DNA of 64,000 nucleotides, taken from Piromyces finnis finn. Lineage: Eukaryota; Fungi; Neocallimastigomycota. The stretch lies in NCBI GenBank assembly GCA_002104945.1, contig MCFH01000024.1:620001-684000 (forward strand), given 5' to 3'. The notes beneath the pieces are model-generated. The model was not told the DNA's origin. It worked only from the letters and a program-made list of their open reading frames with translations, and did not search any database. This document shows, in pieces, positions 29,187 to 42,837 of the stretch (position 1 is its first letter; every line of letters starts with the position of its first letter). Position numbers and translations under genes: made by a program.

Positions 29187-30836
29187 ATGAAATTTTTATC
29201 AATCTTAACTGTTGCTGCTGCTGCTAGTTCTGCTTTAGCTGCATCACAAGGTAAATATATTTTAATGATATTTGATGATAAAAATAGATAAAGAAAAACA
29301 AAATAAAATGTATTATTTAATTTATAATTGTATTTACGTATTAAATATTTTAAAAATAATATTAAAATCATAATTAATATTTCATATTATAAATAATAAG
29401 ATTATGCTAGACATCTTGAATTAAATTTCTTATTCTACGAAGCCCAACGTTCTGGTCCACTTCCAGCTACTAATCGTATTCCATGGAGAGGTGATTCTGG
29501 TCTTAATCATGGTGCTGATGTTGGTGTTGATCTTACAGGTGGTTATTACGATGCTGGTGACAACGTAAAATTCAACTTTCCACAAGCTTTCTCCATGACT
29601 GCTCTTTCATGGATGGGAATTGAATTTGCTTCTGGTGTAGAAATGGCTGGTCAAACTCAATACTTAAAAGACACTGTTAAATGGGGTTGTGATTATTTAT
29701 TAAAATGTCACGAAAAGGGTACTGATGTATTTTACATGCAAGTTGGTGATGGTGATATAGATCACCAATACTGGAAAGCCGTTGAGGATATCGACTATCC
29801 AACTCCAGCCTTCTTTGTTAATTCTACCAACCCAGGTACTGAAGTTACTGGTGAAACTGCTGCTGCTTTTGCTGCTGCTTCAATTCTTTTCAAGGAAAGT
29901 GATCCAGATTATTCATCTACTCTTTTAGATCAAGCTCTTGAATGGTATGAATTTGCTGATAAATATCAAGCTGATTATTCTGTATCTGTTCCAAAGGCTG
30001 CTAATTACTATAAGAGTTGGAATGGTTATAATGATGAACTTGCCTGGGCTGCTATATGGCTTTACAGAGCTTTGGGTGATGAATCTTACTTACAAAAGGC
30101 TATGAGTCTTGTTTCTGATTATCAACTTAATGAAGTTGGTATTGATTGGGATAGCAAATATCAAGGAGTTATTGTTATTCTTGCTCAACTTGGTATTGAT
30201 GAATATGTTCAAAAAGTTGAAAATTGGGTTAGAGAAATTTGTACTAATGGCAAGTTCTCTCCAGGTGGTATGTATATCAATCGTGACAGTGAATGGGGTT
30301 CACTTCGTCGTGCTACTTCCATGGCTGCTAGTTTAATTTACTACACAAAGAATCTTCCTGAAGGGAGTGAATTAAGAGAATTAGCAAAAACTTTTGCTAA
30401 ATCCCAAGCTGATTATGTTCAAGGTAATAATCCACTTGGCGTTGATTTTATTGTTGGTGCTGATGCATCATCTCCACGTTCTGTTCATCACCGTTCCGCT
30501 TCTGGTGCATCATGTATGGAATGTGAACCAACCGTTAATGAACATATTATATATGGTGCTTTAGCTGGTGGACCAGATGTTAACGATCAATGGTTAGATT
30601 ACAGACCAGATTACCAAAAGAATGAAATTGCTCTTGATTATAACGTTTGTTACGCTGCTGTTTGTGCCTATCTTATTGAAGAAGGATTAAATATAGAAGA
30701 TCCAATTCCAGTTTGGGAATTCGATTATCGTATTAATACGGATGTTGATTCTTCAGATGATGAAGAAATTGAAGTTGATATTTCTCAAGTCACTGAAGCT
30801 GACAATGATTCATCATGTGATGAAGATGATGAATAA
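29187..30836 (+). CDS. Secreted GH9 endoglucanase (~499 aa), no dockerin, acidic C-terminal tail
   Basis: Exon 1 29187-29250 (signal peptide MKFLSILTVAAAASSALA), intron 29251-29400, exon 2 29401-30836. Motifs FYEAQRSG, WRGDSG, GGYYDAGDNVKF, HHRSAS and DYRPDYQKNEIALDYN; catalytic Asp/Asp/Glu present. Confidence 0.95.
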
Positions 30837-31762
30837 GTATTGTAAATATTATACCAATCTTACTTTGGTTGTAAAATATATTAATTATAGTATATATATT
30901 TATAAAAAAAAAAAAAAAGAATTACATTTTCATTAGTAATCCATAATTATATTATAATATAATTATTGAACTATAATGTGATTAGAATATAGATAAAAAA
31001 TAAAAGTTTTTTTTTTTTTTTTTTAGAGTAAAATATAATTTTAAAATTTAAAATATTATTTAATGATAGTATCAAAAAAAAAAAAAAAGAAAAAGAAAAA
31101 TGTAAAAATAGTGTATGGAAAAATATATATAATAAAAACAAAAACTAATGTAAATAAAGAATCAATATACATAATAAATAATAATTTATATATATTTAAC
31201 ATAAATTTATATAAATATAACCAAGAAAAAGTTATGATATGTATATTTTTAAATATTAATTTTTTCTTGTTAAAATTATTATATTTCTGAAAAATCTAAG
31301 TTCTGTATTTAATTTAATTATTAATTATTTAAATGTATTAAAAGTAAGTAGATAAATAAATAAATAAAATTTAAGATAATTAAAAAAAATTAAAAGTTAT
31401 TTCAATATAAAAAATCGAATATTGAAGAGAAAAAGCAAAAAGTCCAGTATAATTTATAAATTATAATAGAAGATCTTTTCTTTTTAGTTTTTTAATTTAA
31501 TATTAATAATATCATTTTAAAAATTTTTTAATAATTAAATAAAAACTTTATTATTTTAAAACAATGAAAACTAAAATAATTTGAATTTAAATTCCAAAAT
31601 TATTAATAAAATTATATTTAAATAAATTTCAAGATTTTAATAATTTATAAAAGGGGAATTTTTAATAATAAATATACTAAGTAAACAAATATTTAAATAA
31701 ATAATTAAATTAAATTAAATTAAATTGAAAAAATAGAGGAACAAGATATAAATAAAATAACC

Positions 31763-34700
31763 ATGGAACAGGAAAAGAAAAATTTGAATGAATTATCAAC
31801 AGTTTCTTCAACTTCTGAAACATCAACTAAATCGGACTCAAAAATTGATAAGGATACTGTAACTATTAAAAAATCTATAAATGCGGAAACTGAAAAAAAA
31901 GTTAATAATAATGAAGAAAGTAAATCATTAGTAAAAGAATCTGAAACATCTATCAAACAAAAATCAATAAATCCCATAGTAACAGATTTAAAAGGTAAAT
32001 CAACTGATGAAAATTCAAATCAAACTTTAAAAAGTAGTGTACAAACAACAAAATTAACTTCAGAGTCATTATTTAAAAGTACAAATGAAACTTTAACCCA
32101 ATTAGTAAAATCATTAGAATGTAAAAAAACAAGCTCTTCTCCAGCAATTTCAATGTCTAAACCAGAAATCACATCAACTTCAGAACCTAGCAATGCTAAT
32201 ATTAATGTATCAAGTAATTTATTAAAACTACCTAATACTGAAAATAAAGATAAAGAAACTACAAAAAAGGTACCTAATACAATTAATTTAACTGTAGCTA
32301 CTACTCAAAGTAAAACATCATCAGCTAATTTAAGTAATATAAAAACTACCTCTACATCATCTGTAACAGAAGCTGTAAAAGCAGTCACAATAGTAGTATC
32401 AGAAAATAAACTAATTAATGACAATGTATTATCAAAAACTAATATATCTAATGCTTTAGAAACAGAGAAAATATCCAATATACCAAAAACAACTACGGAT
32501 TTAAATAATGCAAAACCCATCTCATTATTTAGTTTAAATGCAGAGGATACTAAAAAAATAAATGATCAACAAGACAACACTTCAACAATAGCAATATCAA
32601 CAAAAATTGCATCTTCTGATAGTAAATCAATTACAAAAACACCAGCACAAATTGCAGCAGAGGGTCTAATTTCTTCTTTAACAAAAGCAGATGGAGGAAT
32701 AACTCTACCTCTCATAAATAATAAGAATAAATCAACAATTGGGAGTCCAATTGTAAAACCACCAATAATAAGTGATACAAAAAAATTAGCAACAAATCTA
32801 ATTAAGAATATTCAATTAGAACAGAAAACTAATCAACTTTTTGCTAAAACTTCTATATCAAAATCCTCCTTAAATAATATTAATAATATCACAACAACAA
32901 GTGGCTCATTAGATAAAAAAGAAATTCAGGCTGCTGCTGCTGCCGCTGTTGCAAGTGCCGCAGCTGCTCTTACACCAACATTAACAAGATCTAAGTCACA
33001 AGAAACTTCTGCAAATGTTGCGGCTGTTGTAGCTGCTGCATTTAATAAAGCTAATGCAGCAGTAGTAGCTCAACAGAAAATAGTTCCACAATCTTCTCAG
33101 ACAAAGGCACACACTTCTAAAATTCAAAATAAAAGTCAAACTCCAATTCAATTTCAAAATTTACAACAGCAATTAAAGTCAGCATTACCAACAACTACCC
33201 AACCCACTACTTCTACACCAACGGCTGTATCAAAAATTGATCAAGTAAAAAAAGCTATTTTATCTACTCAACAAACACAACAACCAATTGCAACTTCAAA
33301 GTTAACAACTCCAGGAACGCCATCAACAAATACTGCCACTACTAAAAATGATACAAAAACTACACCAGTTCAATCAGCAGCAGCTACTCCTACAATTAAA
33401 GTTGTTACTCCTATTACTAATCCAAATGTTGCAGCTGCAATTGCTAAATCTATGAATAATGCAGCATTAAATCAACAACTTATAGGTACTAAAGCAGAAC
33501 CAACTGTAATATCACCTAATAGTACAACTTCCTCTGCTAACTTAATATCAAATTTACAGAAAAATAATATTTCACCAGTAGCTGCAAATAATTTGGGTTT
33601 AAATATTAACCCAACATTAGCCAATCTTAAAGCAAAATTTAATCTTAATAATTATCCTATTAAAAATGGTATTCCTAAAAATATGAATGTTGCAGCTGCT
33701 GTAGCAGCTAATCCACAAGCCTTGCAAGCGGCAATAGCATCAAGTCAATTTTCTAAAAATTATTACAATTTAGCACAGTTAAATGCTCTTAGAGAAAAAC
33801 AAAAGCTACAACAACAAAATTTCTATATATCACAGCAACAACTTCAACAACTTCAACAACAACGAGCGGCTGCTTTGTCTAACGTTGGTTTAAATATCCT
33901 TAATAACCCAGTTTTAAATGGCGCTAATCAAGCTACATTATTAAATACAGGTCTAATGGGTTTAAATGCAAATAATACTGCTAAGATTAATGCTAACCCA
34001 ACAGCAGTTGCTGCTTCATCCTCAGCAATAAACCCTTCAATGATAAAAAAAGACTTCAATATGAATCTTTTACTCCAAAAACAACAACTTCAAAAATTTG
34101 AACAAGCTGCGGTTGCTGCTGCAGCTCAACAAGCCACTCAACAAGCAGTTCAACAACAAAAAATATCTCAGGCTCAAGTTCACACTCAAGCTCAAATTCA
34201 AGCCAAGGTTATTCAAGCGCAGGCACTAGCTCAGGCACAATCACAAGTTGCTAATTCAACATTATCAAATCAAGCATTACAACAACAACAATTACAAAAA
34301 CAAACTATTGATAATTCAATTTCAACTGCTAAAACAAGTTCAACATTGACCACATCTACACCAACAACAACAATAACAACGACTTCAGTGACTGCCAATA
34401 CAAAAGCAGCATCTTTATCAACTACTGTTGAATTTCCGATTCAAAATCAAACTCAAGCTTCAAGTACTAGTAATCCAATTCAAACAATAACTTCTACGAT
34501 AACCACTACGGTTGTAACTCCAAATACTGTTTCAAATACTACAACAAGTGCAACATCAAATACTATACCCGTTATTAAGATTGAAGATGCAAAAAACAGT
34601 ACAATTGCTATTAATAATTCTCAATTACCAATAAAACAGCATATTGATAAAAATCCTTCTCCAATAACTGTTGCATTTGACTCAAGAACAGTTAAAAATG

Positions 34701-37394
34701 AGATCGAAGAAAGAAGAAAAAGAGAATTGGCTTCTCTTAACGATACTATTTCAAGAGAAAAAAGAAAAATAGTTAAACTAAAAGTGAATAAAAAACCAAA
34801 GTTAAAAATAAGTGAAGAAGATGGTAATATTTCTTTTAAATAAAGAAAACTATTTATGAAATATTGAAATAATATAGTTTTTAGATTTTATATTAGTGAT
34901 ACACAAATCTAATTCAAATCAATAATTTAATAAACACTATTTTATGCATTTTATAATAGAATTAGATCCTGAGAGTGATATATTCCAAGTTGTTAATGGC
35001 ATTGCTTCAATTGTTCCTACATATAATTATAAAGAATATAAAAATATGGGCAAAGTTTCTAAATGGTAATTTTTCTATAATAATATAAAATCTATATTTT
35101 TTTCTAAAAAATATAAAAAATATATTAATATAATTAAAATATTATATATTCATTGATAAATTTTAAAATAAATTTATAATTTTTATAATAATAAAATATA
35201 TAAATATTTATTAGGATTTGGACACCTTTTGGAAGTTCAGCTAGAGATGATAATTTACAATTATTCCACTGGAGAAAAGCTTCAGAAGACAGTGATGGTA
35301 TGAAATAATGATTAATTTTTTTTTTAAAAAAGAAATTTTTAGAAAATAAGTGTTTTTACTAAAATTATAAATATCATCTACCCTCTTTATAATTAGATTA
35401 TGAATTTGCAAAATTTAATAAATGTGTTGATATCCAAGATTATACAGATGAAGAGTATAATACATATCTATCAGGTAAACTAAAAATATATATTTTTAGT
35501 TTAATAGATTTAATAATTGTTAAAATATAAAATTTATTTATTAATTTTTAATGAAAAAGACCCAGCATGGACAAAAGAAGAAACAGCTTATTTAATGGAT
35601 CTTTGTAAACAATTTGATTTACGTTTTTATGTTATTTTTGATCGTTACGAATATCCTCATCATAAGAGAACTATGGAAGATTTGAAAGATCGTTATTATC
35701 AACTAACAAAAAAAATATTAAATATTCGTTCTAAAAAGGATTCTAAATTAAAGGAGCAATTAGAATATTATAATTATGATAAAAGTAACTTTTCTTAGAT
35801 AGTTGTTATTAATTAATTTTAATATACATAATTTTAAATAATATATAAATATTAATAATAAATAAATAAATAAAAAAAAAAAATATAAAATAAATAGATA
35901 AAGAAATCGAACGTAAAAAGCATCTGCAGTCATTATATAATAGAACCAAAGAACAAATAGAAGTAAGAAATAAGCATATAATAATAAAATATATTGTTAC
36001 ATATTCTCATTATAATTATAATTTTCAAAATAAAAAAATAAAAAGGAGGAAGATGTATTATTTTTAGAATTAAGAAGAAGAAGACTTAAAGAATCAGAAT
36101 GGCTAAAAGAAAGAGATAATTTATTACAATTATTAAACATAAATAATGTAATAAATTCTACAGTAGTTAATGTATTACAAATAAATTATTATATATAAAT
36201 ATTTAAAATATTATTAATTATAATTATTAATGATATTGTTATTGGCATTTATTTTCTTGTTATAAAAATTATAAAAATATTAGAAAAAGAAACGTAATAT
36301 TCATCAAACAGATCAATATGAAAATACACCTACAATTAATAATACGGCATTACAAAAAACAAATCCATCACCTACACAAAATTCAGCAAATAATGTTACA
36401 ACTAATAACTTAGTATCTTCACCAAAATCAATACCAACAGCTGTTGCTACTGGAACTTCTACTGGAACGCCAAAACCTACTAGCCATCATACAAATAGTG
36501 CCCGTAGTGTAAACAATTCACCATCAAATTCACATTCTAGCTCACTTCATAAATCTAATTCCCATTCGGTAAATAATGTTTCTACTGTATCTATTTCAGT
36601 TTCACATGAAAAGAGTTCCTCCAAACCACATCATCATACTAAAACATCAAATGAAGATTGTACATATATTTTGCTCTCTCTATAATATAATTTTATTTAT
36701 ATTTGCTTAATGATTAATAATATATTATTTATATTTTTTTTACTAAAATTTATAGCTGAAGTATCATCAGTTAAAAAAGAAAGATTACCAAGTGGTGTTT
36801 ACTTAAGAAGTTCTCGTGTATTGAATATGAAAAATTCTATTATACCAAGAGTAAATCATTACTTTGAAGAAAATGAAATTCGTAAGTTGTTTCTTATTTA
36901 TTTATTTATTTATTTGTTTTTTTGTTTGTTTGTTTGTTTGTTTATTTATTTGTTTGTTTATTTATTTATTATAAAAAATAATAATAATAGCATACTATCC
37001 ATCTATGCCAACCCAATCTACTTGTGCTGCTTATAATGAATTACGTAGTCAAGTTGTAACATTGATGGAATTAAAGCGTAAGAATGAGCATTTAGAGAAA
37101 GAATTAAAGAATCCAAACTATCGAAAAATGAGTAATACTTCAGAGCTTTCCAGTACAGTTGTTTCCTCATCTTCTACAAAATCAACTAAAGTAAATATTT
37201 ATTATAATAAAAATATTTATTGAAAATATATTTTTTTTTTTTTATAATAATAATATATATTTGTTGTTTCATAATTTTAAATAATTAATTATTTTTCACT
37301 TTTTATATATTACCTTTAGGTTAAAAAGAGATCTTTATCACCAACAACAGTAAAAGAACCTAAAAAGGGACGTTTTATGAAAACTTATCAATAA
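31763..37394 (+). CDS. SWC4: SWC4/EAF2/DMAP1 (NuA4/SWR1 subunit) with a ~1000-aa low-complexity N-terminal extension
   Basis: Exon 1 (31763-~34822) splices in frame to ELDPESDIF...KVSKWIWTPFGSSARDDNLQLFHWRK...YEFAKFNK and the SANT domain WTKEETAYLMDLCKQFDLRFYVIFDRY...RTMEDLKDRYY. Then KEIERKKHLQSLYNRTKEQIEEE and LPSGVYLRS. Last exon 37320-37394. Confidence 0.88.
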
Positions 37395-37576
37395 AATATA
37401 TCCAAACATTTATATAATATTCATTTTATCATTTTCATATAAATATACATACATAATATTACACTAGTTAAATAATAAAGTTGAAATAATTATTCATTAT
37501 TAAAATTTTTATTTAAAATTTTCTAAAAAAAAAAAAAATACAAATAACAAAATAATACATTATTATTTAGGATATA

Positions 37577-37642
<66 letters not shown>
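37577..37642. repeat. (ATT)n microsatellite
   Basis: Directly visible. Confidence 0.9.
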
Positions 37643-38490
37643 GTTTTGTTCTTTTTTTCATTAAATATTTTTATTTCTTTTTGAACTTTTCTTTGATCTA
37701 TTTAGAAAATTATATTCATAAAAAAAAAACAATTTAATATGTTTTTATTAAAACAACTTATTTTATTCTCATACAGAATAAGTAATTAATGTAAATAATA
37801 ATAAAAATAAAAAAAAAAAAAAAATTAATAATAGAACGCTATTAATCATTAATAAATATAAAATTTAATTTTTTTTATTTTATTTTATTTTTTTATTTTA
37901 TTTTATTTTTTTATTTTTTATTTCAATAATAGTGTAAAATTAATTTTTAAAAAAATATATTTTCTATAATAGTATATAATTATTAAAATTTGTTATAAAT
38001 ATTTTATAAAAAAAATAAAAGTAATGGTATGGAGTAATAACAGTAATAAACCTATTAATGAAAAACAAAAATTTTAAAAAAAAAAAAAAAATCATTAATA
38101 TGATAATTTATTTGCTTTCCATATTTTTTTTTAAAAAAAATAAAAAATTAAAATAAAATAATTATCAGAAAATCCTAGATATCTTCAGTGTTAAAGTTAT
38201 CCCCATAATTTTTTTTAAAAAAAAAAAAAAAAACAGTTAAGAATATGTAAATAAAAAAATAATTTTATTCATATTCATAGATAACTAAAACTCGAAGTGC
38301 AAGGATGATATTTTCATCATTAATTACTTATTTATCTTTCCACTTTTTTATAAATAAAATATAATAAAATATTCTTTAAATTTACCTTATACTTCTTTTT
38401 ATCGGTATTTTATGATAGATATTGAGGTCTAATGTAGTTTTTTTAAAAAATAGAAAAATATTACTTTTTTCATTTAATTTTTTTTTTTTT

Positions 38491-41400
38491 TTATTTATCA
38501 TGTAAACTAAGTTGTAAAACATAGTTAAGATATTCTTCTTCATTCATATCTTCAGGATTCTTTACATTTAAGGTATTATCCGGTGAAGGAGAGGATATAT
38601 TCAAAAGTTCTTGTTCATCATAATTATCATAAGCATAATTATCATAATTCTCCTCCCATTCATCTAAAGGAATGAAATTCTTTTTCTTTCCTTTATTCTT
38701 TTTACCTTTACCCTTTTTACCTCCTTTGGATTTTGGTTCATCTTCTAGGGTATCATATTTATTATTTAATATATTTGTGGATGAATCAGGTACAATTACA
38801 CTTGAAGATGTAACAGATGTTGTATTATTAATTATTGATGTTTCTGGGGTATCATTTAAAAAGTCTTGAATAGCATCATTAATGAAATCGTTATCTGATT
38901 TTCCACTAGTATTAAATGAAGGTTTGGATTTATTGATATTGCTTTTTTTCTTTCTTTCTTCTTGCTTTATTTTTTCTTCTTTAAAGTATTGTTCAGCACT
39001 AATTCCATTTTCATTCTCATCATCATCTTCGTAATATTGATCTTTAAAGTTATCCTCTGGATGATTAATCTCATTATTTATTTTTTCCATATACATATCT
39101 TGTTTAGCAATCTCAGAGGCATACAAGAAATCTCTCTTTTCTTGCTCATCAACATAATCTTCTGGAATTTCTTCTTGATCAGAATTAAATTGGGATGGAT
39201 CGTATTCAAAATCATCATTTATTTCGTTTTCATGATCTTGACCTTTGGAACTTGTAGATATAACTTGCTCCTTTTGTTCCATACTTAGCATCATTGCATA
39301 GGCCATTAACTCTTCTTCCGTTAATTCTTCATTAATAGATCCGTTAAAACGTTTTAAATTTTTAGAATTTACCTTTTCTTGCTTCTTTTCTTTTTCAAAC
39401 ATTTCACAAGAAGTCTTATAGTCTTCCATAATATTTTTATTTCTAGCTAATTTAAGTGACAATAACTCTTTGTCTGTCTTATTCTTCTTTTTGGATTCTT
39501 TGATACGCTCAGTATCAAAATCCCATACTTTGATACTATTACCAAAACTAATACAAATTTGGTATTTATCCATTTCCATACCATTAATAACATTATAATG
39601 ACGCATAACATTAGTATTTCTTGGATTGTTCTTGGATTTTCTACAGTAAAATGTACGAATTAATGTACTATTTAAACTATCAATAACATTCACTTTACCA
39701 TCTGAACCTGCTGTAACAATTTTAAATGCATCAATTAAAATTGATGTTGGTGGTCCTTCATGAAGGTTAAAACTACGAAGAGGAGTTAAAATATTAGTTC
39801 CATTTTCATCTTTTCTTATTAATTTTTTGGAAGAATATTCGTTATCTTCATTTGGTGTTTTCTTTTTATTGTCGAAATTCCAAATATAAATCATACCATT
39901 ATTATCTGAACTAACAATAATACTTTCTTCTAAACCATGAAGCTCATTATTATTATATTTTGTAGTATCAATATTAATACCAGAAAGTTTTGCCCTTTCA
40001 ATATTTGAAGTTTTGCCTTGTTGTTCTTTACTCCATGTCACAACAGCTAATTCATTTGAATAATCACCATCATCTAATATATTTAATTTTTTCAATTGAG
40101 GAATACTCCAATGTGTTAATTTTCTGTCTTTAGAACCATTTTGGCATGCAATAATAATTGTTTCGTATATTGGATCATAATGAAGTGAGACTATTGGACT
40201 TCCTACATCAATAACGTAATCCATTGTTAAATATAACTCTTGTCCATCTTCAGGTGGTTTTTTTGCTGACATTAAATCAAATACATTTACATTCCAAATT
40301 TGAACTTGACCAGCTATATTACCAACAATAATATACTTTTTTGGATTGATAATTATTGACGTAATTGCAGCTTCATAGTAGGCTATTAAAAGTTTAACGA
40401 TAATAAAATATTTAATATTATTATAAATTTAATATATTTATCAAACCAATAAATATAAATATCATATATAACAATTTACATGAAAGAACAGCGATACGAG
40501 CATCATATTTTGTATCCCAAAGCATAACACGTCCATCAGCAGAACCTGTAACAACTAATCTTGTGAATGTTGGTAACCATTCAATACATGTAATAGCAGT
40601 TTCGTGTCTTTGAACATATTTTTTGTGTTTTAAATTTTTTAATTTATCTTTAAAGTTCGATATTTTTGTAATACGACCACCAAATTCACCAACAAAAATA
40701 TGATCCCTATTTTTAAATATCATTTAAATTAATAATCTGATTAAAATCATAATTGGACATAATAATCAAAAAAAAAAAAGATTATTTATAAATAATTATT
40801 TATCTATCTATTTATCTATGATACTTACTTATCAATTTTAACACATGATACTGGTTGTGGCATAAAATCACCAAATAAATTGATATTACGACGTTCTGTT
40901 CTACCTGTGCTTGGATCTGATACAATAATTATACCTTAAAATATGAAAAATAAATACATATTTATAAATTAAATAGTGTAAGCGATTTAAAATAATAGTT
41001 TTATTTGAAAAATATATCAATTGTTTATCTATATATATTTAATATTATCAACTATTATTAATATGTAATATATCAATAAGGTTTACCTTGATCTAACCAC
41101 CCAGTATATAAACGTCTTCTATTAAAATCAGCATAAAATATATCTGCTATAGGATACATACATCTGTATTCTAAAACATTTGGTTTTCCTCTTTTCCATA
41201 AACTATTATAATTAAAAGATTTTAAAATAAAAAGATAATAATTCAAATAAGAAAATCATTACTATTAATTATTAATTTATATATAATATTTTCTGAGTTT
41301 GCCTCTTTTATTAATAAGATTTATAATATTGAAAATAAGACATTGCAATTACTCTATAAGATTCATTCTTGTTGTGAATTCTTCTCTCCATCTTCCCTCT

Positions 41401-41915
41401 GAGACTTTTCTATTAATGATAATAAATAAATAATTATTTACATTTAGTAATTAACTTTCATAATATAAAAGTATTAATTTTAAAGTTTGTTTTTACTCAT
41501 ATGGCATATATTCAAATCTATCTAAGAAAGCTTCCTTCCATATAATTTCATTTCTGATAATTTTATTCCATGAAGAACATACCCATGATACAATATTCTA
41601 CAATACGAATCACAATTAATATATACATATATTCAAAAGTAATTATTATAATAAATTTATAAATTATATTTACAAGTGTATCAGGATCTAAGTATGAAAA
41701 AATTTTAATAATTAATTCTTCAGGGAGACTTAAGATGTAACATTGTTCTGGATCAATTTTAGTAGATTTCTTCCATGCTCCTTTTACTATTTATATTTTA
41801 ATTATGTTTAATATTAATTTAATTCAATGTTTATCTTTATTATAGCATTACTATATTTATTGTATTTATAATATTTACATGCTGAGACATAATTGCTTAT
41901 AATGGCTGAGTCCAT
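38491..41915 (-). CDS. F-box/WD40 protein with two C-terminal UIMs (Ufo1/Pof10-like architecture)
   Basis: F-box LSLPEELIIKIFSYLDPDTL...VCSSWNKIIRNEIIWK across exons at ~41790-41510. WD repeats HETAITCIEW...VTGSADGRVMLWD and HEGPPTSILIDAFKIVTAGSDG. UIM-like motifs TEEELMAYAMMLSME and NEEEYLNYVLQLSLHDK. Confidence 0.87.
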
Positions 41916-42189
41916 GATTATTTTATTTTTTTAAAAATGAAAAGTATTTAAATAATTTATATTATTTTTATTTGAAATTCCTAATTTAAATTTGCTTAAC
42001 TTTTTTTTATTTTTTGTTTTATTATATAATCTTATATATATAATAAAATCAATAATTATTACTTTTACTAAAATGTAAAAATACTTTTCTGCCTTTTTAT
42101 CTTAAAAATAAAATAAAAGAAACTAAAGATATAAATTCTTAACAAATTAACTTTTATATAATAGTGATATTTAATTGGATAAAGTATTT

Positions 42190-42190
<1 letters not shown>

Positions 42191-42285
<95 letters not shown>

Positions 42286-42286
42286 T
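42191..42286. repeat. (TTTA)n microsatellite
   Basis: Directly visible. Confidence 0.9.
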
Positions 42287-42837
42287 ATCCTATTAATCCT
42301 ATTAATTCAATCATGGTAAAAATTTAAAGGGAAAACTTTTTAAAGTGAAAAATGGAAAATATAGAGAGCTTATATTCTATCAAAACAATTTCACCGCCCT
42401 AAATGAAATAAAACAAAGCATAAAAGTATATATATGTATTGAAATTTATAAATATTATTAACGAATTAAATATCAAATAACATAAAGGATTATTTGCAAA
42501 TGTAAAAAAAATAATGTATTTTTCTTTTTTAAATATTATTAATTTATTTATTTTATTAATTTATTTATTTTATTAATTTATTTATTTTATTATTTATTAT
42601 TTATTATTTTACTTTATTTTATGATATTTACATTTAAATTATATAACTATATATTGTTCTTTCTATACATAATTAATTGCTAGTTGTTTAAAGTTTTTAT
42701 ATATTTTATTAGATACATTATTCTTTTTATATAACAGTAAATTATTGGGGTTTATTTATACAATTTATACCTTTAGATATTCTATATTCTTCATTGATTA
42801 ATGGTTCTAATCATTTATTAGATATTATTTAAACTAT

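Noticed and set aside
29153-29371. Minus-strand ORF
   Set aside because: Antisense to the GH9 signal-peptide exon and intron.
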